A DNA stretch of 64,000 nt from positions 41,726,001 through 41,790,000 of the forward strand of contig NC_043006.1 of the NCBI RefSeq assembly GCF_006345805.1, given 5' to 3'. Shown piece by piece: positions 1 through 13,460 of this stretch. The position numbers and the translations under genes are program-made. Below the pieces are notes generated by a model, which saw only the letters and a program-made list of their open reading frames with translations, was not told where the DNA came from and made no database searches. The DNA is from Octopus sinensis. Taxonomy: Eukaryota. Position 1 is the stretch's first letter; every line of letters starts with the position of its first letter.

Positions 1-554
1 ATATATAGGCATATACGGTTATATACATGCACACATCTGTGTCTTCGTGTGTAATTATATATGTCTGTGATGACGAAAATTTCGTTTTTGTCGCCAAAAT
101 TGATAAGTTATTTTCATTCACGACTACCGGTTATTGTTTATATAGACAAGATTTCATGAAATTACATAATTTTCCATAATTTACAAACAAAACTTACACC
201 GCAAGAATACTTATTCTGCGTATGTTTTATATTATATAAAATCTCTGAGTAGGAACAATATAAGGAATTATATTTTCCAAAACCCAACTGGATTGGTTTT
301 AGAAGGGAATGCAAGAAAAAAAAGAATCAAAATTATCTGTGTTATCTCTGGCTCCTTGTTTTATCAAGTACGCTTACTAAGTTAAGAAATACGGGTTAGG
401 GAATTTGGATTATGCTCCACATGCGGTTTTTTATGGACCTGGAAAGTGCACCTTCTTTACTCGTTTCTGCTCAGGAGAGAGAAGGACAGAGTGGAGTAAA
501 GGTAGAGAGAGAGAGCGAAGCATAATCGTATGCAAGGGAGGGTGGAGATGTGTA

Positions 555-710
555 ACCGAATGGTTAGAGCGTTGCACATACAATCCAATGATCGTAGTTT
601 CCAATCGCCGATTGGGCGGTGCGTTCTGTTCTTGAGCAAAACATTTCATTTCAGGTTACTCCAGTTGCTCAGCTGTAACCCTGCAAAGGACAGGCGCCCC
701 GCTTAGGAGC
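555..710 (+). mobile_element. Degenerate tRNA-derived SINE fragment (family C)
   Basis: A-box-like gaatggttagagcg, then gttcttgagcaaaacatttcatttc...ctccag...ctcagctg, matching the body of the 18383-18703 copy. Confidence 0.55.
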
Positions 711-1359
711 GCAAGTTTTATCTCGGTCACTTATACTCTATAGTGCTCATAGAATGATGGTCATGATGATGATGGTGTTCTTATTGCCACTATCAACGCT
801 CGCAAGAATCGAATGTTCCCTACATTCAAGAAATTCATCTTGATGGTCAGAGTAAAGCGAATCTTACGACAGAAAACTCCTAACGCTACACTTCAACTTA
901 GCTCAATAATCTCATGAGTCCTTAATAGACTCAAATCGTTTCCTATATTAATTGCACAAAATCATCTCCAGCATCTCGCGTCATTTCGTACATAAGTGTC
1001 TTACCCTACGACAAAGCCACAATTGAAGGGCTCCTGTATGCAGTTATATCAGGCCCTCTTATGCAGTTTTTATCTGGAAAAACTTAATACCACAACAAAC
1101 AAACATCAAACAAACAAACTCGGAAGGAAAAGCAATGCCGTATACTTAGCACCACTATTTCATAGTGTTTAAAGCATTGTTCCGAAATATAATCGTTACT
1201 TGATTGGTAACTGTTTCTAGCACAAAGACAAATTCTACCTATGGTATATTCGTAGCATTGAAAGAAGGAAGTTTACAGGTGTCTGCAATATTATTATTGT
1301 AACCACCGCCAACTAAAACATAAGCGGCCGCTTCAGTAAATTTAGGAATCGTCCTAATA

Positions 1360-1965
1360 TTGGTTTGAAATTTAGGCAAGGCTAGCAATTTCGAGGAAAG
1401 CCGTCAAGATTACTTCGACCTCATACTCAACTGGTACCTATTTTATCGACTCCGAACGGATGAAAGTCAAAGTCAACCTCAGTGAAATTTGAACTCAGAG
1501 TAAAAAAAGATGGACGAAATGCCGCTAATTCTTTTTCCCGGTGTCCTAACGATTCTGCCAGCCCGCCGCCCTAAGAATATCCTAATAATCCTTTCTACTA
1601 TAAACTCAAGGCTTGACACTTTGTGGGATGGGGCTAGTCGATTACATGAACCCCGGTACGTATCTGGTACTTCTTTCATCGGCCCCGAAAGGATGAAAGG
1701 CAACTTAGATCTCGGCGGAAAATGAACTCAGAGTATAAAGACGGACAAAAGACTGTTAAGAACCTTATCCAGCGTGCTAACAATTCTGTCTGCTCGCCAC
1801 CTTAAGAATATTCTTAATAATCCTTTCTACTAAAAGCAGAACTGCTGAAATTTTGGAGCAGGAGGATGCTAGACGATTAACATCGACTCCAGTGTTTTAT
1901 TGGTACTTGATTTATCATACTGGAAAGGATAAAAAGCAAAGTGAACGTCGGCGGAATTTGAAATA
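1360..1965 (-). mobile_element. Three head-to-tail diverged copies of tRNA-derived SINE family B
   Basis: Each unit has ctggtac...ttatcgac...ggatgaaagg...cggcggaatttgaactcag (revcomp of the family core). Units at ~1360-1572, ~1585-1805 and ~1820-1965 (last truncated). Confidence 0.8.
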
Positions 1966-3382
1966 ATATTCTAATAATGATACTGCATAGGATTTTAAAA
2001 ATTATGGGCGAATGGTTTTAACTGGTATCAATGTATTTCTTTAGGATTAAATCTAAGGTGACCGCTAAAAAATTAGCAATGATCAGGTACGTAGTGGCAT
2101 GTATCTTTGTTCAAAATTCTGAAATATACTAATTAGCAAATATTTTCCTGTATCTAAAGCCTTTCCTCTCTTGTTAGAAAACGGTCAGGGCATAAACTTG
2201 CTGAAGTTTAATACATGATGCAGCATATTTCTTAATATGTCTAATGTATACAGGTCTACGAGGTCGAAAGTTTTTTTACGCTAGGAACAACCCGACACTA
2301 ACAATGATTGAAATGGTGGGATCTTATTTATTGCGCAGGACCGAATAGAGCACTTTCATATACAAATATGCATTCTGGTGGTAATAAATGAAAAGTTAGA
2401 ATTCAGTGGATAAAGCAGAGGATGCCAAATTAGGTGAAAATGGAGTCATGTTTATTATTAATACTGTACAACCAACTTATAACAGTACGACAACTAACTG
2501 TTGATAGGAACATCGTATTTCGCAAGACAACCATGATATACTCCCAAGAATATATATATATATATAAAAGGTTTATTAATCAGTATTCTGCCCTTTAGTG
2601 TTAGAAGTGCAATTCACTTTTTTTAAAGCTATCTCTATAAATAGTCTTTAGAAATTAGAGCCAGCTCTAATAGCGATAACTTTAAAAATCAGTTCTATAG
2701 AAAATCTGACAGGAAAACTTAGAAACTTTTTTTTTATCTTTGAAAAAAGGGAATTAAATTAGAGTTGGCTCCATTTTCTGTAGAATATCTTTAGAGAAAA
2801 CTTTTTTTTTAAAGTACGACTATTGTTTCATTGCTAGAGCTCATATGCTTCCCTAATATTGCTAGCAATATTCCTCAAAGACTGTCTTGCTAATTAATCG
2901 TATTTCTCGTTTGCAGAATTTATTAACCTACATTTTGGATTCGAGACAAGACTCTCTTATGATCCTTAATTGTAATGTATGCTTCAAATTTAGCAGGATA
3001 TTCTAATTCAATTTTCCAGTCGAATTGTGTGCCTCACCAACTATAATATTGAAAATGTTAATAACATTCTTTGTGTTATTCTATGTGAAATCATAATCCA
3101 ATTAATGGTGTATAGGTGCTAGTTTTTAATTAATAAAGTTATTTCATCAGGGAATATTTTTTCACCTAGAATGTTGCCCGTAAAAATGTAGGTAATAATT
3201 TTACTGTAGTAAAATAAGGAACTGAATGGCATACAATGATTATAATGTAACTTTTATTAAATTACTTGATTCTTATACAAAGTGATTAAATGAACACTAA
3301 CAAAAAAAATATTGCCTAAAAATTTAATAAATCGAATTTCTCATTCCTCTTAGCGACTCTGATGCCATTTGCTGTCTCTATG

Positions 3383-3385
<3 letters not shown>

Positions 3386-3430
<45 letters not shown>

Positions 3431-3647
3431 TCACTGTGTGTAGAATTCTTTTACTTATTTCTTGTCAAGCCTTGAATATAGAATCATCCAAAATTTCTTA
3501 GGTTAACTCTTTTATGATTCTCTCTATTACTTCTAATCTCTTTCACACACACTCTCTCTCTCTCTCTGATTGTCTGTATCTCTCTTTCTCTCTGATATAT
3601 ATATATATATATATACATACATATACATATCTCTCTCTCTCTCTCTC

Positions 3648-3688
<41 letters not shown>

Positions 3689-3780
3689 TATATTAAATTA
3701 GAGATAAAACCACTATTAGGCAAATCATACAATGAAAAACGTAAGCCAATACATAAGATTGGATTTATTCCCTAATATTT

Positions 3781-3840
<60 letters not shown>
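3386..3840. repeat. (CT)n/(TA)n compound microsatellite block with a ~90-bp insert
   Basis: Directly visible. Confidence 0.9.
3694..3785 (+). mobile_element. Short (TA)n-flanked element terminus, related to 43060-43150 and to the palindrome arms at 36697-37024; probable PLE pLTR fragment
   Basis: aattagagataaaaccactattaggcaaatc...aatgaaaaac matches revcomp of 43085-43150 and is similar to gagacaaaaccactattttgcaaaac at 36707. Confidence 0.6.
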
Positions 3841-3842
<2 letters not shown>

Positions 3843-4481
3843 GCACACAGAGGATTGTTAATCATCTCTCACACACACACAAACTCACACGCTTACGTAC
3901 GTAGATATATACGCACACACATATATAACCTATACGTATACTTTTCGATGCGCAAACGGAAGAAAGCTCTCAGTAGGTGATCGCACTTTATCGATTCAAG
4001 CTGAATATCCATTCTTGCTTCCTATGCTCGATCGTTCACATAACGAAAAAATTGAAGGAACTCACTTAGCTTTAGGGATTTGTCGAATTATGCGTCAGTT
4101 TTGATCAGGTGATAATGTATGTAGAAAGATACAATAAGCGGTTAGTAATTGTTGATGTTAGAAGGAAACCTCTCTCTGTGTGGTTGGTTTACTAACCACA
4201 GGGGTGGGAATCAAAGATATTACCGAGTAAAAAATTATGGTGATCAATATAAAATCTAAGGATATATGAGAATAAACCCGTTGAGCTTATTGTCAATTGG
4301 GTATGGGACAAAGTAAGAGCAGTTAAACGTTGATTTTTGTAGGATTATAAGAACGCGCATAGATTCCACAAATATTGGACGGACATCGATAGGACCTCAT
4401 GCCGAACACCGTGCAATGACTAACGAAAATAGTCTAATAAAGGGCCATATAAGCCCTCCGCAGAAAAAAAGAAGGCCCTCC

Positions 4482-4553
4482 TATCCGCGTGGGACGCGAA
4501 CCCACATTCCTTTGTTAACGCGACTAAGTGTGTTACCTTTACACCAGCGACCA
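4482..4553 (-). pseudogene. tRNA-like cloverleaf (pseudo-tRNA or tRNA-derived repeat head) followed by an oligo-T Pol III terminator
   Basis: Minus strand: acceptor tggtcgc/gcggata (6/7 pairs incl. 2 GU), D-arm gtgt-aaaggta-acac, T-arm gtggg-ttcgcgt-cccac, anticodon arm imperfect; T7 run = A4464-4470. Confidence 0.6.
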
Positions 4554-4606
4554 GCTTCCCTCTTTCTGTCAATGCTATTCGTATTTGTTTTATGTAAGCA
4601 AATTTT

Positions 4607-4991
4607 CTATTTGCTTTCGGTGCGAATGGTTTTGTTATACGGTGCCGTGTTTTACAATCCTGTAAATAATAATAATGGTATTTATATAAGCTTAAAGCTT
4701 ATGGCGATCACCGTGCAATGACTAAGGAAAATAGTCTAATAAAGAGGCATAAAAGTAAGACGCTTAGTCGCGTTAACAAGGGGATGTGGGTTCGAGTTCC
4801 ACATGGATAGGAGGGCTTTCTTTTTTCTGTCGAGGGCTTGCTTATATGCCCCTTTATTAAACTATTTTCCTTAGTCATTGCACGGTGATCACCATAAGCA
4901 TTATGCTTGTATAAAAATTCCAATATTATTATTTACAGGATATTAAAACACGTTCCTGTATAATAAAACCATTGGCACCGAAAGCAAATAG
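4607..4991. repeat. Inverted repeat, ~145-bp arms (4607-4750 / 4843-4991) flanking the tRNA-like copy
   Basis: ctatttgctttcggtgc ... gcaccgaaagcaaatag at the ends; caccgtgcaatgactaaggaaaatagt / actattttccttagtcattgcacggtg internally. Confidence 0.85.
4746..4826 (+). pseudogene. Second, degenerate copy of the same tRNA-like unit in opposite orientation
   Basis: cttagtcgcgttaacaa..gatgtgggttcgagttccac..ggataggaggg then tttttt (4821-4826); canonical B-box ggttcgagt. Confidence 0.6.
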
Positions 4992-5809
4992 GACATCGTT
5001 GGTCTGTTTGGATATTGGACTGCAATTAAATCAATTCTGCTACTTATACGTAGGATTTTAATCCGGACTTCGGCTTCCAGATATATTGAGAAAAGAAAGT
5101 ACATTTTATTATAATTCTAGATATACAAAAGAGAATTTTTTGAGCCTGTAACCTCATCAACCCTAAATAGTTATTTTCTTTAGCATTTACAGATGACATA
5201 GTTGCTCTTTATGTAACGGTATATTGGACACATTTGGCTTAAAGTTCATAAATGTAAGTGTTTTGATAGTTAGTTGGATTTTTTTATGGCGATAACACTT
5301 ACTGTTATGGTATAGTTAAGAGACAACGAAGTTGAAGCTACTCTAGCTAACTTTTGAATTATTTCAAATGAAGAAACAAATATAGGGTTTTCTATTCTAA
5401 TACTAATTCCCGAGGGCATGGTTTAAAAACTTACACCGAAATAGATATCTCTAAAGAAAAAAAAAAAGATCTTGTGGTGGTGATTAACAGGGAATTATAT
5501 AAATACGCAGGACATACGCACTTACACGCAAACTCGATCTCATATACGCATCTAAGCACACGCACGCGCACAGATATACTACAATCTGTAAATATGAACA
5601 TGAGCTTATGTTTTCAAGTATATGTAGGAAAGTCGAGAATATATACGTTGTGTGATTATAACGTAATGACTCATATCAGGGGCAATCAAATGCCGCGCAC
5701 ACTTTAAGAGTGTGCTTCAGAGACTCACACATAAAAATATTATATAGACACGTGTTTGTGTGTGTATGTGTCTGTGTGTGTGGGTGTGCGTACAGACGTT
5801 AACAATATA

Positions 5810-5837
5810 TATATATATACATTCATACACACATATA

Positions 5838-5904
<67 letters not shown>

Positions 5905-5963
5905 TCTTCGCTGTGTTTTCCAATATCACACACACACACATGTATAAGTGTATAAGTCTGTAC

Positions 5964-6006
<43 letters not shown>

Positions 6007-6160
6007 ATAGATATATATATATATATATGTAGGTATTTAGGTATATGTGTATGTATTCACACACATATACACAAGCACTATAGTGCGCACACATCTAGCA
6101 GTACATGTTTCCATATATTTACACATACACACATACACACACACACACACACACACGGAC
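5810..6160. repeat. (TA)n/(CA)n microsatellites
   Basis: Directly visible. Confidence 0.9.
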
Positions 6161-6299
6161 AGCGTTATAGACAATAAACTAACTGCTAATTACGATGCTG
6201 TAATGTTAGAGACAAGAAGCTATGAAACATGAAATAAAACATCAAGGTAATACAGTCTTTGATGTGGCCACTATCAATAGGCCACGTTATGTACAGTTC

Positions 6300-7390
6300 T
6301 GAAGATGGTGATAGTGGTTGTTTGTTATGGTTTTGCGTGGTTGTGGCGGTGGACGGTGGTCAGAGGAGCTACAGTGTTTGTACCATTGCTAGTTATGATG
6401 ATAGTAACAGAGGTAGGAGAGACTGAGGTGGTTGATAGGGTGATTATGTTGGTGTTTGCATTCGTAGTAGTGCTAACGTTGCTGGTGGCGGTTGTTTGGG
6501 GGATGCTTTGCTATTGGCTGGAGATAGTAGCAGTTTGAGTGGTTGGTGGTTGTAGTTTTTGTTGTAGCCATAGTAGTGTGAGTTGCATTGCCGCTGCTAA
6601 TGTTGGTGTAAGCGGTGTTAGCGGGAGAGGAGTTCCGAGTATTGGTTGCGGTAGTAGTGTTTCTGTTTGGAGTGGTTCCGTCGTTGGTGGTGGTTGTGTA
6701 AGAGAGTGGGTAGGTGGAGGTGACCATCATGGTATTTCTTGCGGTCATAGAGACGGAAACAGGGTCGGTGATAATGATAGAGACGGCGCAGTTACAGGAG
6801 GTGATGTTGGAAACGGTGGTGCTGGTGGCTCTTTTGGTGGTGGTAGAGGAAGAAGAAGAAGAAGAAGGAGAGGAGGTGGACGTAACAATTGTAGTATTTG
6901 CTGTGGCTATAGTGGTGGTTTCTTCTTGTTAGTAGCAAAGATGGAGCGGTTAGGAGTTGTGATCTTTTCGTTGAATGTTGAAAAGTGTTGCTGGTGGCAG
7001 TCGTGGAGGTGAGGTGCTTTGGATGGTGGTGGAAGTGGTAGTGGTAATGACGGTGATGATGGTCTTGGTGATGATGGTAATGGTAGTGTTTGATGATGGT
7101 GATGATGATGGTGATGTTGGTGGTGACGGCTGTGAGAGAAGCGGTCACGGTGGGGCTGATGGTGTTGGTGATCATGGTGACGGTGATGATGGCGGCTGCA
7201 GCGGTGGTTGTGGTGGTGGTCGTCGTCATGTTGGCGGTATTGTTTTCTGTTAGCGAGGGTGGAGTTTTTGCAGTGGGTGTGGTCCTGTGAAGATCGTGTA
7301 GTTGCTGCTGTTAATAAAAGTTGAGAAGGTGGATGTGGTGAGCATGCAGATGATATTGATGATTTTGCTGACGGTAGCAATTCCGATGTG
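6300..7390. repeat. Degenerate GGT/GTT/GAT trinucleotide low-complexity tract
   Basis: Strong G/T strand skew, triplet periodicity, overlapping compositionally biased ORFs in several frames. Confidence 0.85.
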
Positions 7391-7394
7391 CAGA

Positions 7395-7640
7395 CGCGTG
7401 GCTTAGTGGTTAGGACGTTGCACTCAGGATCGTAAAATTGCGGTTTCGATTCCTGGACGGAATGCATGATGCGTTGTGATATTCAATAAAACACTTCAGT
7501 TCACCTTGCTCCATTCTGCTCACCAGGTAAAAGTAAGTAATCCTGTGAAAGAACGGCGTCCCATCCAGGAGGTATTATATACTCCCCAGAACCCAGCAAA
7601 CCGGGTTTACGAGCCTGCCTCGGGAAGAACCCTTGATCTT
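7395..7640 (+). mobile_element. tRNA-derived SINE (family C-like), diverged
   Basis: gcgtggcttagtggttagg A-box, ggtttcgattcc B-box, body similar to 47130-47350. Confidence 0.7.
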
Positions 7641-8249
7641 TTTATTTTATTTTAGCAGTTCCAATAGCTAGTGGTGTTATAGGCAATGGTTAGGGAGAGT
7701 TGGTTAGCAGCTGGTGGTGAAGGCAGTGGTGATGAAGGTGGTGTCTTTGTTATTATTGTTTAATGCTAGTTCAAACAGGACCAAACATAGCAATGGTAAA
7801 AGCATTCCAGCCATGACCGGTCCGTCTTCTTTCGAGAATACGTTATCCGGCACTATATTATCTAATGTATTCTTTTTAAAATGTAATTTGAACGAACTGT
7901 AGTTGCTATTTCTAGCATCTGTAATAATGTTTAACCCGCGGTCAACCCTGATCTAGTAGGATTCCTATTACGAAAATCTCATATTATTTAAAAATAATAT
8001 ATGTAAAAGTTAAATATACAATGCTGTCTCCCTGCCCCTGTCACCTTTGCTTTTTTAACGGTAAAGTATAATTTAGGAAGGATTTGGTTGCCATTTCTTG
8101 CAGGATGAAGAGTTGCTTAGAGGTTCCCCCACAGGCTTATCTCCTCCACTGTTGTTTTCATCTTGATTTTGACCAGTCGTAATTGACTAAGTCACTAACC
8201 TACTCTAACACGGTCATATTTTTTCTGACGTTGCACCAACAGCTATATT

Positions 8250-8678
8250 CCCTTCTACTCTAGGCAAAAGGCCTGAAATTTTGGTGGAGGGTGCTAGTCG
8301 ATTATATCGACCCCAGTGCGTAACTGGTACTTATTTACTCGACCCGGAAAGGATGAAGGGCAAAGTTGACCTCAGCGGAATTTGAACTCAGAACGTAACG
8401 GCAGACGAAATACCGCTAAGCATTCCGCCCTACGTGCTAACGTTTCATATTTCTTTATTGTCCACAAAGGGCTAAACATAGAGGGGACAAACAAGGACAG
8501 ACAAAGGGATTAAGTCGATTACATCGACCCCAGTGCATAACTGGTACTTAATTTATCGACCCCAAAATGATGAAAGGCAAAACTGACTTCGGCGGAATTT
8601 GAACTCAGAACGTAACGGCAGACGAAATACCGCTAAGCATTTTGCCCGGCGTACTGACGATTCTGCCAGCTCGCCGCT
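8250..8678 (-). mobile_element. Dimeric SINE family B with a 19-bp TSD
   Basis: Two tandem core units; TSD ttgcaccaac(a/g)gctatatt at 8231-8249 and 8679-8697. Confidence 0.9.
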
Positions 8679-9489
8679 TTGCACCAACGGCTATATTATT
8701 TAATGTATATTTCTCTTAGCACAACGATAAAGTTTGAGGTGAGGAAGATTAGATTGCTTTTGCTTGTTGTGCTGATATAATTATGATAAAGACAACGGTG
8801 AAAGAATATAGTGGTTACTAAAGGAAATGCCGAGTATGGATGCTTCATCTGTAGATAGATTTTAGAGAAATGACAAGACAGTTTCATTATAATTGTTTAA
8901 TTAATATATTGTTTCATGATGTCGATAAAGGTAAAGCTAATTGTGATAATTCTACCGGGGATTTAAGTTGTAGAGTATGGCGTGATGGTTGCTGTACAGT
9001 AGTGTGGTGTTGTTTATTCAGAATGACGAGACAAGCAGAGAATTTGCTGGCGTGAAAGGCATGTTGATGTAGGCATTCATAAGAGAACGGTCTGAAATAG
9101 ATGTAACGGGGATGGGATGTCTATATTTGTTTATGTTGTTAGCAGCTGTTGCGTTTGTGTTGGAGCAAGTGATGATTAAATATCGAGTGGACATACTAGT
9201 AAAATTTGTAATATAGATGCTGATGGTTATCACGAAGAAATCGGAATCACTACGATCAATATCGTTACACTTTAATACTACTCCACTTCAATATTCAGAA
9301 GCAAACTCATGTCATATTTTCATCTTTAATTATTCAATAAATCTATTTATAAGAACACTAGCATGAAAAATAGGTTTTACAGGAAAATAGGGATACCGAC
9401 TGGAGTTATGCCACACTTATTAAAGTACACTGCTGCACAAGCAGTTTAGCGATCTTTTCGGCCTGAAAATAATTCTCTATCTCTATCTA

Positions 9490-9920
9490 TTTTTTTACTC
9501 TTTTACTTGTTTCAGTCATTTGACTGTGGCCATGCTGGAGCACCAGCTTTTATTCGAGCAAATCGACTCCAGGACTTATTCTTTGTAAGCCTAGTACTTA
9601 TTCTATCGGAGCATTTTGCCGAACCGCTAAGTCAAGGGGACGTAAACATACTAGCATCGGTTACCAAGCGATGTTGGGGGAGGGGGAACAAATACAGACA
9701 TACAAACATACTCACACACACACACCCAAAATACACACATAATATATATATATGCATATATACGACGGTCTTCTTTCAGTTTCCGTCTACCAAATCTAGT
9801 CACAAGGATTTAGTCGGCCCAAGGCTATAGTAGGAGACACTTGCCCAAGGTGCCATGCAGTGGGACTAAAGCCGGAACCATGTGGTTGGTAAGCAAGCTA
9901 CTTACCACACAGTCACTCCT
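9490..9920 (-). mobile_element. SINE family A (tRNA head, internal CA/TA microsatellite, GTAAAAGA-type tail)
   Basis: Revcomp of the full-length copies at 23268 and 42539. Confidence 0.9.
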
Positions 9921-9921
9921 A

Positions 9922-9995
<74 letters not shown>

Positions 9996-9996
9996 C

Positions 9997-10028
<32 letters not shown>

Positions 10029-10036
10029 ATCTATCC

Positions 10037-10128
<92 letters not shown>
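9921..10128. repeat. (ATCT)n tetranucleotide array
   Basis: Directly visible. Confidence 0.95.
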
Positions 10129-12385
10129 CTCTTCCATCATTCTACCATTCTGGGAGCCCTGGAAAACTCACATACGTATTGCCCCTCACTAACCTAAGCC
10201 AGAAAAAAACAAAGTAAGATGCGACACATTCATTTTTCATTTAGAAAGGATTTCAGACAACTTCATTTCCTTCTCGGTTAAATTTTGATTCTTTGCAAAG
10301 GAAATTATATTATGCAGTGACAGCTTAAACAAATTACTAACTCACTGAAATTAGTGACCAAAACTACTAAGTTTAGCAATTTTACTTCAAATGCTTCGTT
10401 AATATAAAACTTCCACTCTATTTAAAAACGGATTATAAACAATATTATATATCTGATGACTTTTACTTGAGTAAATAATCGATAATTTATATCTTGCGGA
10501 GTAATTATAGATATCATCGGTTCTTAATATTATCAAAGCTGACCATAACGTTACGGTCAATATTTGATTTCAATTATGATCGACAAAAATATTTAGCAGC
10601 TACTCTAATAGTGCCAGCATTATCTACAGTATATTGGCAAGATAGCAAAACAAACACGCCTTCATTAACGTTTAAATTTTTGTTAATAATTCAAATTTCA
10701 ACTGTAATATATTTTTGTTGCATTTTATGACACCTGTCGAATAAAAGTGACGTTGTTAAATTTTCTTGTGAGCGGCTCAGTACTAGAATGCTAACTAAAC
10801 CCATTGTAGATTGAAGGTCTTCGTCGAAAGAGTGGAGAATCTGGTTGATTTATACACACAATTGATTGTCAGATGAAAAAGATTTGCCGTATTTAGTTCT
10901 GATTTCAAGGCGCACCAAATTTCATTTTGTCTTTAAAAAGAAGTTCGTTGATAGTCCCATATGAAAATAGCATTATACAATCTAACAGTCTACCGCGTGA
11001 TAGTAATAATTGTTGGAATATGCTCGTCTTGGTTATTGGATCTGTTGTAGTATGTTTATTAAAGCTATTCATATTAATATCCCATTTTAAAAAGTGGAAT
11101 ATTTATGGAAAATACTTGGATATTACACGCAGAGGGCAAACTAATAATGTTAAATCACGTCATTATATTGATATAAACAATTAATCTTTTTGGAAGCGCA
11201 AGAGGAAATTCACTTCTATCCCTTCATACAATACTTCAGTCGTATCTAGGATTTAAGGTTGCTTTCTACACGCAGGACTTACGGTATACGTTAAAAAGAG
11301 ATCACAAAATATCATATTGTGAGGTTAGAGGTTTCTTAACTCCAAATATCGTAATATCGTCATTCATACTATTCCTTTATTCATTTCAAACTTTTATGAT
11401 TTCAGTCGTAGGACTGCATCCATGCTGGAACACTGATTTTATCTATTTTATATAAGTTTTGTTGTCGATTTATACTTGGAAGTTGGCCTGTGATTCAGTT
11501 TGTCAAAGCTGCTCCTTCCTGAGTGCATCCTTGCATGGCTTGCTCGGCTGGTACCGTCGTTAAAAGTTTATCCGATGTTTCTTGGAGTGTTGCAGTAGAG
11601 GTCCATTTTATAGTTCTGATTCTTTCAGGTAGACAGATGAACAATTGAGGAACTCTTTATATCGGATTGGTACAATAAAGTGTTTTTGCCCGTGATTGCG
11701 CAGGAGGCATATTTGAAAGCTGGTGGTATCTAACAGTTCGTGCCTTAAAATTTTCTGTAATGCCGAAGTTTGGAACATGCCAATCCGTAATTTTCCAGTA
11801 ATCAATTTGTAATATTACATCTAATTAACAATCAGCATTTTTCTTAGAAAGCAACATGAATATACATGTCAAGAATGCAAATACTTAGCATAAAACCACT
11901 TTTCTAATACTGGAATTCACATTCGGACATGAACTTCGGAAAATATTTCATTGGACCCTCAAACGCATTAATTCCTTCGAGCGAAATAATATGTATGTTC
12001 ATCGAATCGAAAGTTTGCTTGTCATTTACATGCAAACCCTGATGAAATTTCTCCAAAAAGTTCTTTAAACTAGTTTAATTTTCTCGTCATGTCTCAGAGA
12101 ATCGCTGAACGCGATTGTATTGAATCGTTGATCATTTTTATGCAGTCAACATTCCGAAGAAATCACAATGTGATATTGATTCCTGTTGGTGAAATGCCAG
12201 TGGTTCTTTAGTAGTCTTACACTTTCTCTCGCCGCGAGGAAAACCTTATTAATTTCGATAAAATTTGATTTCTTTTTTCTCCGTTAGCTAAATATTCTTA
12301 ATGTATAATTCAAGACAGTATTTGTGTTGAAGTCAGCGGTCGAATTCGTTTTAAATATTTTACCATTATCTTCAAATCATGTTGA

Positions 12386-12389
<4 letters not shown>

Positions 12390-12461
<72 letters not shown>

Positions 12462-12559
12462 GCGTACACTTAAACACCCACCCACACATATACAAAGAGA
12501 GAGAAACAGAAAGGGTGAGTGAGAAAAAGAGACAGAGATAAAGAGTGACATAGAGAGCG

Positions 12560-12640
<81 letters not shown>
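12390..12640. repeat. (TA)n and (GATA)n arrays
   Basis: Directly visible. Confidence 0.95.
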
Positions 12641-13221
12641 TTATTTATTCTATACTCTACAGTATAAGCTAGATCCGATACGCACAGAGGAAATAGTATG
12701 AATATCTTCATGTTTCCGGCCATATTCATTAACATATTCTACACCTTCTAAAGTGTTTGATGTCAATTGCTCCTGAATAAGACGAACGCATTTGAAGGAG
12801 TAAGTTTTGAGAAAAAATACCTCGAGGATGCGCTCAAATGCTGCAGAACTTATTCTTTCAACGTTTTGGAGTTGGTAAACTAGTTACTATCCAAGAAATA
12901 AAATTCACTAACTCCAGTGTACCAACTCAAAGAATTGTAACAATGTTATTTTGTTAGTAATGAACAGTCTAAACAAGAATTCAGTATATGTGTGTGCATA
13001 TACAGACACACATTCAAATACACATACACACATACATACATACATAAAACATACAAATCTGCACATACATACACACATACAAACAAAATTATTCTGTTGT
13101 TGATGTTGTAATTCCAATGAAGGAGTCTTAGATCTAGGTTAGAAACCGATTCTTTCTCTATTGGCAAGAAATCCTGAAATAAACTGAATAATAGCATACA
13201 TACATATAGAAAAATCTGCAA

Positions 13222-13422
13222 GGCGCAGGAGCGGCTGCGTGGTAAGTAGCTTGCTTACCAACCACATGGTTCCGGGTTCAGTCCCACTGCGTGGCACCTT
13301 GGGCAAATGTCTTCTACTATATCCTCGGGGCGACCAAAGCCTTGTGAGTGGATTTGGTAGAGGGAAACTAAAAGAAGCCCGTCGTATATATGTATATATA
13401 TATATGTATGTATATATATATA

Positions 13423-13460
<38 letters not shown>

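Noticed and set aside
6305-7467. Several long Thr/His/Gly/Val-rich ORFs (up to 186 aa)
   Set aside because: They overlap in many frames on both strands of a degenerate triplet repeat, with no domain or splice support
10740-12900. Complex-looking stretches suggesting an old DNA transposon or Helitron fossil
   Set aside because: No diagnostic motif recovered in the frames translated; needs a profile search
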